Positions 1 to 11,900 of a stretch of 64,000 nucleotides of DNA are shown here, in pieces. This DNA comes from Antedon mediterranea (taxonomy: Eukaryota; Animalia; Echinodermata): positions 31,484,388-31,548,387 of the forward strand of contig NC_092670.1 of the NCBI RefSeq assembly GCF_964355755.1, read 5' to 3'. Under the pieces are notes generated by a model. The model was not told where the DNA came from and made no database searches. It saw only the letters and a list, made by a program, of their open reading frames with translations. The position numbers were made by a program, and so were the translations under genes. Every line of letters starts with the position of its first letter. The first letter of the stretch is position 1.

Positions 1-3000
1 TAGAAGAAAATATTCAATTAAGGCAAATCAATATGGAGAGGCTATCTAGCAATCAGAGTTGGCAGAACATGCAGCAATTACTGGAAAGAAAGTAAGTTTC
101 ATTGAAATTCATTGTATGTATTCCCTATGTTGCCTTGATATGAAAGGTTTTCTGCATGAACCTTTACAATAAATAATTGGAGTGCTGCCATTTCGAATGG
201 TTTAGGCTTTGGCCTAGTCTCTTGCTAAAAGTATGTTATTAAACAAATAAGTGTTTATATTCATGCAATGGAATAAATAATTTCATTTTGTGAAAATAAA
301 ACATTTCATCTTTCGCCTCATGAAATCATTTGTACCATCGCACTTTTAAACATTCATTATTTGTATAGTAATTCCTCCATGATCATTATGTGTTTCTTGT
401 TTGATGAGCCACCATCTTGTCAATATCATAATTCATGTTATATTTGTATACATTTTTAGGCAGAAAGAAGCTAAAAGGAAATTAAAAAATCAACAGACTC
501 AAAAGCAGTACCAGAATGATTTGGATGATTGGCAGAAAGAGCTGAATAATTATGTTAATAGGGTAAAGATTCTGACAATCTCTCTCCTACTACCTTTACC
601 TACTTGGATAAATCCTGGTTTCTATAAAAGCATTGCCCTAGAACGCCCCTATTAAGGGGATACTTTCTTGTGAAACCATCCACAAGTAATATTTGAACAT
701 TATAGCCAACTCTATCAACATCCTTATTAAGGGGGAGACTTTCTTGTGAAACCATCCACAAGTAATATTTGAACATTATAGCCAACTCTATCAACATCCT
801 TATTAAATAGACACTTTCTTGTGAAACCATCCACAAGTAATATTTGAACATTATAGCCAACTCTATCAACATCCTTATTAAGGGGAGACTTTCTTGTGAA
901 ACCATCCACAAGTAATATTTGAACATTATAGCCGACTCTATCAACATCCTTATTAAGGGGACACTTTCTTGTGAAACCATCCACAAGTAATATTTGAACA
1001 TTATAGCCAACTCTATCAACATCCTTATTAAGGGGATACTTTCTTGTGAAACCATCCACAAGTAATATTTGAACATTATAGCCGACTCTATCAACATCCT
1101 TATTAAGGGGATACTTTCTTGTGAAACCATCCACAAGTAATATTTGAACATTATAGCCAACTCTATCAACATCCTTATTAAGGGGATACTTTCTTGTGAA
1201 ACCATCCACAAGTAATATTTGAACATTATAGCCAACTCTATCAACATCCTTATTAAGGGGATACTTTCTTGTGAAACCATCCACAAGTAATATTTGAACA
1301 TTATAGCCGACTCTATCAACATCCTTATTAAGGGGATACTTTCTTGTGAAACCATCCACAAGTAATATTTGAACATTATAGCCGACTCTATCAACATCCT
1401 TGTTAAGGGGATACTTTCTTGTGAAACCATCCACAAGTAATATTTGAACATTATAGCCCACTCTATCAACATCCTTATTAAGGGGATACTTTCTTGTGAA
1501 ACCATCCACAAGTAATATTTGAACATTATAGCCAACTCTATCAACATCCTTATTAAGGGGATACTTTCTTGTGAAACCATCCACAAGTAATATTTGAACA
1601 TTATAGCCGACTCTATCAACATCCTTATTAAGGGGATACTTTATTGTGAAACCATCCACAAGTAATATTTGAACATTATAGCCAACTCTATCAACATCCT
1701 TATTAAGGGGATACTTTATTGTGAAACCATCCACAAGTAATATTTGAACATTATAGCCAACTCTATCAACATCCTTATTAAGGGGGCACTTTCTTGTGAA
1801 ACCATCCACAAGTAATATTTGAACATTATAGCCAACTCTATCAACATCCTTATTAAGGGGAGACTTTCTTGTGAAACCATCCACAAGTAATATTTGAACA
1901 TTATAGCCAACTCTATCAACATCCTTATTAAGGGGAGACTTTCTTGTGAAACCATCCACAAGTAATATTTGAACATTATAGCCAACTCTATCAACATCCT
2001 TATTAAGGGGACACTTTCTTGTGAAACCATCCACAAGTAATATTTGAACATTATAGCCAACTCTATCAACATCCTTATTAAGGGGATACTTTATTGTGAA
2101 ACCATCCACAAGTAATATTTGAACATTATAGCCGACTCTATCAACATCCTTATTAAGGGGATACTTTCTTGTGAAACCATCCACAAGTAATATTTGAACA
2201 TTATAGCCGACTCTATCAACATCCTTATTAAAGGGATACTTTCTTGTGAAACCATCCACAAGTAATATTTGAACATTATAGCCGACTCTATCAACATCCT
2301 TATTAAGGGGATACTTTCTTGTGAAACCATCCACAAGTAATATTTGAACATTATAGCCAACTCTATCAACATCCTTATTAAGGGGAGACTTTCTTGTGAA
2401 ACCATCCACAAGTAATATTTGAACATTATAGCCAACTCTATCAACATCCTTATTAAGGGGAGACTTTCTTGTGAAACCATCCACAAGTAATATTTGAACA
2501 TTATAGCCAACTCTATCAACATCCTTATTAAGGGGATACTTTCTTGTGAAACCATCCACAAGTAATATTTGAACATTATAGCCAACTCTATCAACATCCT
2601 TATTAAGGGGAGACTTTCTTGTGAAACCATCCACAAGTAATATTTGAACATTATAGCCGACTCTATCAACATCCTTATTAAGGGGAGACTTTCTTGTGAA
2701 ACCATCCACAAGTAATATTTTAACATTATAGCCAACTCTATCAACATCCTTATTAAGAGGAGACTTTCTTGTGAAACCATCCACAAGTAATATTTGAACA
2801 TTATAGCCAACTCTATCAACATCCTTATTAAGGGGAGACTTTCTTGTGAAACCATCCACAAGTAATATTTGAACATTATAGCCAACTCTATCAACATCCT
2901 TATTAAGGGGATACTTTCTTGTGAAACCATCCACAAGTAATATTTGAACATTATAGCCAACTCTATCAACATCCTTATTAAGGAGAGACTTTCTTGTGAA

Positions 3001-5364
3001 ACCATCCACAAGTAATATTTGAACATTATAGCCGACTCTATCAACATCCTTATTAAGGGGAGACTTTCTTGTGAAACCATCCACAAGTAATATTTGAACA
3101 TTATAGCCAACTCTATCAACATCCTTATTAAGGGGATACTTTCTTGTGAAACCATCCACAAGTAATATTTGAACATTATAGCCAACTCTATCAACATCCT
3201 TATTAAGGAGAGACTTTCTTGTGAAACCATCCACAAGTAATATTTGAACATTATAGCCGACTCTATCAACATCCTTATTAAGGGGAGACTTTCTTGTGAA
3301 ACCATCCACAAGTAATATTTGAACATTATAGCCAACTCTATCAACATCCTTATTAAGGGAATACTCTCTTGTGAAACCATCCACAAGTAATATTTGAACA
3401 CTATAGCCAACTCTATCAACATCCTTATTAAAGGGATACTTTCTTGTGAAACCATCCACAAGTAATATTTGAACATTATAGCCAACTCTATCAACATCCT
3501 TATTAAGGGGATACTTTTTGGGTCCCAAAAGTGTCCTTTAATAGGTGTTCTATTATATTAGAATTTTGTAGTAAGAGATAGTTTTGATATAAGACTTATT
3601 ATTTTTGTATTTAATATATGTTTCAATTGTAGGGCCAAGTGAGGGCATCAGTTAAAAGTCAGTGGACGGCAGAGCAGAAGGCTTTAAGAGCTCATGAAAA
3701 GAGAGTAGAGAGAGAAAAGACGCACCAACAGCTTATGAAAAGGTAACAAGTGTAATAATAATATAAAGTAGTAATAATAATGTTGGATTTATATAAAAGA
3801 AATATCTTTTAGGTGAGGTTATTTTTCACCTGCTTTTATGTGACTTAATGGCCAAGACATTGCTTATTATGTAACATGCAGTATAACTTTTCAGACAACC
3901 TACAAACTACTATAATTGTGCAGTATTTCGAGTGCACACTATATCACATTTATTCCAAAAATAGGTAGCATACAATAAAATGTGAAAATGCAAAATTCAT
4001 GCATGAAAATAGTAGAAAAATAGAAAATTAGAATTATAAGCATAATCATTATTCATATCATCATAATCATTATTCATATCATCATAATCATTATTCATAT
4101 CATCATACTCTGAACTTTTGTTCTGAATATCCAATTTTTGTATGTATTTTTATGTATTTTCATTAATCCTTAATTGGAACTGTTTAGGCTTATTAAAGAT
4201 GATATTAAATTAATTAAACAATTTATAAGGTTAAACAATATCTTTTTTGTATTTATATACTTTCTTTATTTCGTATTGGTACATAGGCAGTTTGAGAGAA
4301 TGACAATAAAATTGTAAAAATTAAATAAATTCAAAATCTTTTACTGTTTAGGGTACAAGAAGAAGACAACCTCCACAGAGAGTATTTATGGCATCAGATC
4401 TCTGCAAAAGATGCCCGCAGTAAAGTTTTCAGTAAACAAAGAGAAGAGACTAAACAGATTCTGCGGAATGCCGCAAGGAGATCATCCTCAGGAGATCGTG
4501 GAATATCAAAGATTAATCAGTTAGTATTTGAATTTTATGGAAAGCATAACTGTGGTAGTTAATCATTTAAAAAAGTTAATTATTGTGTAAGGGAGTGTGG
4601 AACAGTGTGTTGAATTACTGATCAAGAGATCATGATTTGAATCCAACTCTCACTGCATTGCTTGTATCCTTAGGCAAGACGCTTTATTTACATTTGCCTC
4701 TATCCACCCAGGTATATAAATGAATACCAATTAGATCAAGACACAACTTTGCGCTGGTTACTAGCTGCGTTATTGTGGGAGTATATTTCCATACGTATTT
4801 GATCCACAAATGGTTGGGTAATTGAGAGCCTGCTTATGTCGCTTTATAAGAAATGAACTATTATTATTATTATTTGATCTGCTTTATCTAGAGGAAAAAT
4901 TTACTCTATAATATGTTATAAATGTTGATTGAAAAGAAACTTTACTGTCGAAATCTTTCAGATATGTTTTGTACCATAGTTTCTATCTTTCAAAGTTTTG
5001 ATTTTATAAATTGCATGCCATGTACAGTGTTGAGAATTTAAAACCTGATCGTCTAATAATAATGTCTGAATGTAATGGGTGGGATACGAGTCTTATAATA
5101 TATACTGTAGTATAATTGACATAGACAATGCCAATACAGTAGACCCTTATTAAGGGTACCTAATTCCATGAAAAGAATAAGAAGCAATATATGTTTTAAC
5201 ACTACAGCCAACCTCTATTTCTTATATTATGTACACTTCTCTCTTTCTTTAAATGTACTTTCAGATCGTTTGATAGGATGGTGAAAGATGTAGAATTGAA
5301 AGCCAGTCTGTCATGTGGACCTCAACAAGCACGGAAGAACCACTCTAGTCTATGGCTTAACTAA
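1..5364 (+). CDS. CCDC177: 3' part of a coiled-coil protein gene, CCDC177/CCDC185 family-like; exons <1-91, 460-562, 3633-3742, 4352-4519, 5265-5364
   Basis: Five GT-AG exons with compatible phases (2,0,2,2) splice into one stop-free frame: ...QQLLERKQKEAKRK...YVNRGQVRASVKSQWTAEQKALRAHEKRVEREK...RVQEEDNLHREYLWHQISAKDARSKVFSKQREETKQ...INQSFDRMVKDVELKASLSCGPQQARKNHSSLWLN*. The C-terminal SFDRMVxxxxLxASL resembles the CCDC177/185 tail as recalled; not searched. Confidence 0.8.
638..3553. mobile_element. Tc1/mariner-pogo-like MITE hosting the 75-bp array
   Basis: Ends TAGAACGCCCCTATTAAGGGGATACTTT (638) and AAAGTGTCCTTTAATAGGTGTTCTA (3528-3552) are imperfect inverted repeats. Related TACAGTAGA-type ends occur at 5135, ~6775-6798 and ~21935-22002. 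Confidence 0.6.
650..3517. repeat. 75-bp minisatellite, ~38 copies, intronic
   Basis: Unit TATTAAGGGGATACTTTCTTGTGAAACCATCCACAAGTAATATTTGAACATTATAGCCAACTCTATCAACATCCT repeats head-to-tail; variation is concentrated at two sites. Confidence 0.98.
4587..4874 (+). mobile_element. Degenerate tRNA-derived SINE with CORE-like central domain
   Basis: Decayed A/B-box-like head, central TCCTTAGGCAAGAC...CTCTATCCACCCAGGTATATAAATG block typical of invertebrate CORE-type SINEs, and a (TAT)n tail. Confidence 0.65.
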
Positions 5365-6321
5365 ATGTAGTTGCAGGACCCGAACATTATGATGTATTGT
5401 AACACACCAAAGTCATTTGATTGGACGATTGCAGGTCACATGATATAAAATAAATGTAGTTTTCGCTCTCTCGACTGCAGTTTCTTTAGCTCGTTTATCT
5501 TTCGTACACGTGAATTAAGCCAAGACAAGAGGCTGTTGACGAATCATGTTCGATCAACCTGTAGTGCGTGTCATCTGTAATTGTTCTACTCGGAGTCCAA
5601 AATTCAAGCGCTGCTTTTACAAATGGTTTAGCCTCTCGTTAAAAGTAGATGTGTTAAAAAATAAATAATTCTATGAGAAGGATAATTTGTTATTTTAATA
5701 TAACCTTGCATCTCTTATGAAATTATTTGTATATTTTTTTCACAGCTCTACATATGAGGGGGGGGGGGGAGTCAATCATTTTATACGTTTTATGAACAAC
5801 TAATTCAATTCAACAAAAAATTGGTATTGAATGATGGCAGTCCAAACGAAATATGTATAAGTAACCAGTCAAACCTTTGCTGCCATGCAGAACTTTGATA
5901 TCTTTTCCAAAATTATTTAATGTACATTGTATTTTTATATATTTACGCAATTTAATAATTCAAGAAACACAGTGGGTTTACTAATATTTTTATTTCCTTT
6001 TTCAGAATAATTATGTGTTATTTATAATTATATATGCTTTCACCAATCTGGCTACAGTTCAATTTGTCGAGTCTGGTTTATCTATTGTTTTTAAGACATT
6101 TTCAAATAAAATGTCTGCATCAAAACCAATGTATATGAGTTGTATAAAGTCTGCATTTAATATAAACAGTAACCGTAACTCAAGGCTCGTTTGTTATCGT
6201 TGGTATCGTAAATGGTGACAACAAAAACTTCTTGCTTATAGCATATGGTTTTTGTCTACATGAGATTACTTGTATTATGTGTTTTTTGTTACACAATCCA
6301 ACATTGTCGTAGATCATCCAT

Positions 6322-7388
6322 TTACAGACACCGTGCACCACAATTATTACAGTCCGTACCAACTTGACATAATGACGTCTCCGATGCTATACCACCGTCG
6401 TTGCACACACCACTGTGTTTGTATGCACAGTTGTTTTTACAGACCACTGCAAATAAAAGTACATTTATTAAAAATTAAAAACAATTTGGATATATTATCA
6501 GCTGGAATAGGGTTATAGCAAGAAAATTACCAGCAGGATGCTAAGCTCCGGAGACTAAAGGGTTTATCTGTCTCTGCGACACGGTCGCAGGGTTATTTAC
6601 ACACTACAGACGGTATTTGTCGCAGCCAGAGCAAAGGACTGTTACGAGCTCAGTGTACTTTTGAATTAGATTGCCTTGGTTATAAAAACTTTCTCGGGAG
6701 ATGAATAAGAGGCTTTATATTATGTTTTAATACAACGACTAACGCTATTAAAGACACACTCTGTTGGTCCTCGGTGTCCCCTTTAATAGGTGTACTGTAA
6801 CTTACATGTTGCCACTGGTTCACAGTCATCACAAGTAGGACCATGCCATTTCCCTTGACAGGCGCATCTAAACGAATTTGTTGGTTCATTTACACATACT
6901 CCCATATTGTCACACGGGTTAGAGCTGTTTTAAAAAGCACACAATTACGAGGCATGAACATGTGTTATACTTAAACCTACTAAGATATAATTATAGATAA
7001 AAACAAAATAGAGACAAAACAAGGTATAACGCTTTTGTTCTACAACTTATTTATGTTAAGACAAACATTCTGGCATAAAATGAAAAATCTCCTACGCCGT
7101 ATAATGTTGACATTTAGGATATTACGGTAACCAATTTGGAACGGTTGGCGTCGTCCAAGCTATATAGTGATAATAATAGTGATACCATTGTGAATAGTGA
7201 CGTTCTACTCTAGGAATTCTTACACTAATTGTGTAGGCTACGTTACGTTACCTGCAGGGGCAATTCCTCATAGGAGGCATGGGAGGTTCCGTGAATTGGT
7301 AAGTAAAAAGAGCCGACAATCTTGGCTCCACACCAGACACCATCAGGCCTAGAACAAGGGAAATGCAGATACATTGTTTATGGTCCAT
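6322..7388 (-). CDS. Small secreted cysteine-rich protein (126 aa): signal peptide + EGF-like domain + CxxGG...GTDCxxCGxR module; exons 7388-7252, 6924-6806, 6446-6322
   Basis: Canonical splice sites, phases 2 and 1, no stops: MDHKQCICISLVLGLMVSGVEPRLSALFTYQFTEPPMPPMRNCPCSSNPCDNMGVCVNEPTNSFRCACQGKWHGPTCDDCEPVATLVCKNNCAYKHSGVCNDGGIASETSLCQVGTDCNNCGARCL*. Six-Cys EGF spacing (PCSSNPC..C..CxC..G..C) is complete. Possible 5'UTR exons lie at 8262-8300 and from ~8443 upward. Confidence 0.85.
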
Positions 7389-8549
7389 GTTGTAAACGGT
7401 AGCCAAATTCAATATGAACGTAGGCTGGTCTGTGTAAATAAGTTTACAAAAAAATATAACGTTAATATTACAGTATTCTGATTGGCTATTGTCTACATAA
7501 GCTAATTTGCATATCGTTTGCATCAACGCAGGTGCATTAAGGTTACAACAGTATCAATTAATGTCGTATAGTAATAATAAAAAAGTGTTATCGACATAGG
7601 CCTATCTTAAAATGATTAATATATATTCCAATTTCAAATACAATAATCGCTCGTAGTTTTAACTTTAAAAAAGTCAATACAATCAGGTGTGTTCACAATT
7701 TAAATATTCATTAAATTTGAAAGCAGGCATACCAAAAATGACGTCACTCTCTCTCTCCATATACTTAGTGTAGGACATAGACGGAAAGCGGATACAGTAG
7801 GTATATAATGTTATATTCGTTGTAAATAAATAGATTATACAAGAGTTATGTATCTTAACTAAATCTTATAATAGACATTTTCTACGTTTAAATGTAAAAG
7901 TAAACTCCCATTTGTTACCATTAAATAACGCAATTCACCATACCGTCATCGTGTAGCAAAATTGGCTCGAAACGCGTGAAATGACTCAGACGGTCCGATG
8001 ATAAAGACGATAATATAAGCATCACATAATACCACCTAAACAAGCTAAACCATTGGGCCTACAACTAAATACTTTTATAATGTATTTTTATTTATACATG
8101 CATTACTATGCGTTATTATGTTATAATGCATTACTTTTCAGGTGCACTAACAATTATGTGTACTACAGGTGTGGACACAGCTCACGGTTGTTCCATTGTT
8201 AACAAATAACACTCAATCATTTAATTATTAATCATGAAATAAAAATTATATTGTACTTTACCGCTGCGTGTTCCGTGCTATATCTTGAAAAAGCAATAGG
8301 CTGGAAATAAAGAAAAACTAATATTTATTATTATTTTTCATTGAATAATATTCACTATATCCTGTAGTATAGTTTCTATTTCTATTGTTGTTGTAATAAA
8401 CTAATAACATATAACAACTGTCTGTCTTTTTTAAACACTTACCATGCTTGGTAAGTATTAACTATTATCAATAACTTTATATTTTCTTTATATTATAGTC
8501 TAGTGCTCTCACGCGCTTTAAGGTGATACCATGAATCAAACGATTTGAT

Positions 8550-8970
8550 GAGAAGGAGGAAGTGGAGGAAGACGAGGAGAAGGTGACGAAGAGAAAAAAC
8601 AAAAAGGAGGAGAAAAATAAAAGAACGAGAATAAAAAGGAAAGAAAGAAAAAAAAGAAGGAAATGAAAGATGAGGAGAAGGAGGAAAAGAAAGAAAAAAA
8701 AAGAAAGAGAGAAAAGGCAGAAGAACATGGTAATTACTAATAATAATATTCTGACGTATTAATTTATTATAGATTTATTAACTTAATAAAGATGGAAATT
8801 ACTATTTGTTTTAGAGAAGAAGGGGGAAGACATGGAAGATACGAAGGAAAAGAACAAACGAAAGAGGATAGGAAGGAAAAGAAAAAGGAAGAAACAAAGA
8901 GAAAGGAAGAAAAGAAAAGGGGAAAAAAGGAGAAGAAAATGAAGGAAAGAATAAAAAGAAAGAAATTAAG
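8550..8970. repeat. GA-rich low-complexity tract, continuing after the LINE at ~13099
   Basis: Purine-rich runs that explain the spurious K/E-rich and F/L-rich ORFs. Confidence 0.9.
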
Positions 8971-11900
8971 ACTCAACGAGACGGACCCAGGTAACGATCA
9001 AAGGCGGTGCCCAGTCTGGGCGGTGATTACATCCTGAGCCTAGCTCAACTTTTTGCTGTTTTTGAGCCCAAGTGCAATATTGATCACCTCGATCTGAGTA
9101 TCAACGACATCATTAACACTCTTTAAAGAAGTTTTATATAGATATGTACAGTTTTCCGGTGTATTTTGGTGTATTTTTATTCCGTTTTTACCCAGTTTTC
9201 ATTTGATTTGCTTCGTTGCGTTTGGCGGGAAGTTTTAATCAGCTGACCAACACCTGTTTACCTGTTTGATTGACATTGCTAAGCTCCTGGATGACATTCA
9301 ACCACTGATAAGGTAATTAAATCACTCTTAATAATGGCAGCGATTACTACAAATGTTCTTATTTTTTATGCCTTCTAGTGAGAATTAACTTTACATGCCG
9401 CCCAACGTTAAACTCGGACATTTTTTCTACGTTAAACCCCAGCATATATGATAGCTGGGCAATTCAACCGAAGATACATACGGATAACCTGAATATAATG
9501 TCTACCTTATGGACAATATACGGATCTTCTAAACCGTATCCAGTTTGCCGCTTAACCTTAAAAACCCAAGTTTCCTGATGGTACTTATTATTATCGCTGG
9601 AGACGTTTCTCCGAACCCAGGACCAATCAGAAACCCATGTTCATTTTGTAAAAAACCGATTGCGAAAACGCACAAGGCAATGAAATGCACTGAATGCAAA
9701 TGTAACTACCATATCAAGTGCGGAAGAATAACTAAAATTGTAGGCCTATATGATAAGCAACGGAACACGAAAGAAAATTGGTTATGTCAAGAATGCCTCT
9801 TCGATCAGCTTCCGAATGATGAATGCATCAGTGACATTAATATTCAGGACGAACTTATTGCCGACGCAAATAATGTGAATGAAACCCGACAAGATGGACA
9901 TACATATACAGAAGACATTTACGAGCATTTAAGCGAGGAATTCAACGTGTTTAACAAAGGCCTACATTTTGTTCACCTCAATGCGCGGTCATTAGTTCAT
10001 AAAATGTCTGAACTAAGGAACATCGCATCAAAGACCAAAGCTACTGTTATATCCATCAGTGAGTCGTGGCTGGACGAATCCATCACCGATAACGAGATCA
10101 AAATTGATGGATATACAGCGCTCAGGAAGGACAGAAACCGGTCTGGTGGTGGAGTTTGTATCTACGTAAAAAATGATCGCGCCTTCACACGTAGAAATGA
10201 TCTGGAAATCGACGGTTTTGAAGCAATTTGGATAAATATATATCTGCCTCGTTCAAAGGAAATTGTGATTGGTACATGCTACCGCCCACCAAAACAGAAT
10301 GTATCTTTATTTCTGAACAACTTTGAAGAATCTGTATCAAAAATCAAAGAGAGTAGTGAAATTTATGTTCTTGGTGACTTTAACATATGCACTTTAAATA
10401 TCAATCCAGTATCGCAAAGATATAATGATTTTCTTATAAGAAATGGTTTTAGTAATGTTATTAAGGATATAACTAGAATAGGAAAAGAAAAAAGCTCATG
10501 TTTGGACCACATTGTTACTAATATACAAAATAATGTGAAGCAATCTGGAGTAATTAATATTGGCCTTAGTGACCATTTTCTTATTTATTGCACTAGAAAA
10601 ATACCTAAGTCTCATGTTCATAAAAATGAACACAAATCCGCTAAATTACCATCTTTAAAAAACTATAATGTAAATAACTATCTTGAAACACTTAATGATA
10701 TCGATTGGTCTGTTGTCACTAATAATGACGATGTAAATATCGCGTGGTTAACTCTTAAAGATATCATCATTAAGGTGATCGACTCAATAGCGCCAATAAA
10801 AAAAAGTTAGACTTAAACAAAACATAGCACCCTGGTTTACCTCCGAAATTGCTAATGAAATCAAAGTAAGAGACACACTTTAAAAAAATTCAAGAAAGAT
10901 AAAACTAATCTAGATATATACAAATATTATTGTGCCTCTAGGAACAAAGCTCAGCGGCTGATCAAAAAAGCTAAATCTAATTATTTTCTCAATAAGATTG
11001 ATGAAAATAAAGACAACCCTAAAAAATTATGGAAAACCCTCATACAGCTCGGATACGAGAAGAAATGTAAAACAAACACTAACATCGTTCTCGATGACAA
11101 TGGTAAACAAACTTTCTGTCCAAAAGGCGTTGCCTCTCGTTTTAATGAGTTTTTCACGAATGTTGCGTCAACACTCGTAAAAAAAACTCCCAAAATGCAT
11201 AGGTTATTTTCACCATGTCCAGTAACGATCTTCATAAATACTACGTTAAATTAAAAGGAAAAATGTTTAAGCTGGAGCCTGTTACCATAGAATTTGTTAA
11301 AACTCAACTCGAAAGCCTAGATGTAAACAAAAGCGTCGGTCTAGATAATATTCCCTCAAGATTTTTACGTGACGGTGCGATAATTCTTGGCTGAACCGAT
11401 AGCTCATATCATTAACCTTTCGTTTAAAACTAATTGTTTTCCTCATGATCTTAAAACTGCTAAAGTTACCCCACTATTTAAGAAAAATACTAGAACAAGT
11501 GTTGAGAATTATCGGCCGATTAGTATTCTGCATACGGTATCTAAGATTCTTGAAAAATCTGTAGCTATACAAGTTGAAAGGTATCTTTCCAAAAATAATA
11601 TACTTTATGCCTATCAATCCGGTTTTCGGCAGGCCCATTCAACTGAAAGCAACCTCATAAATCTCATCGACGGTTTAAAAAACAATAAGTCCAAAGGCCT
11701 TCTTACTGGAATGGTTCTAATTGACTTACAAAAAGCTTTCGATACCGTCGACCATGTGATTTTAATTAACAAGCTAAAATGCATGGGTTTTAAGTGTACT
11801 GACTGGTTTCAATCTTATCTCGCTAACCGCACACAAGTTGTCAGTGTGAATGGTACCTGCTCTGAACCTCTTATAGTTACTCATGGTGTACCGCAAGGTA

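Noticed and set aside
600-3528. 933-, 468-, 340- and 118-aa repeat ORFs as real proteins, or the array as a CRISPR
   Set aside because: They are translations of an intronic 75-bp tandem repeat whose length is a multiple of 3. There are no unique spacers and no cas genes, and the context is eukaryotic.
8262-8445. Upstream ATG|GTAAG and 39-nt exon as a coding extension of the EGF gene
   Set aside because: Splicing them to the 7429 acceptor hits a stop in the ATG frame, and the frame matching the EGF ORF contains TAG; at most 5' UTR or a uORF.
8477-9037. K/E-rich and F/L-rich ORFs (also near 26021, 29349, 39031, 41083, 48591, 50643)
   Set aside because: Low-complexity purine/pyrimidine tracts with no splice or domain support.
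8971-9095. HDV-like ribozyme at the LINE 5' end
   Set aside because: Two hairpins are visible (GCCCAG/CTGGGC, GCTCAA/TTGAGC), but I could not build the nested double pseudoknot; it needs a descriptor search.
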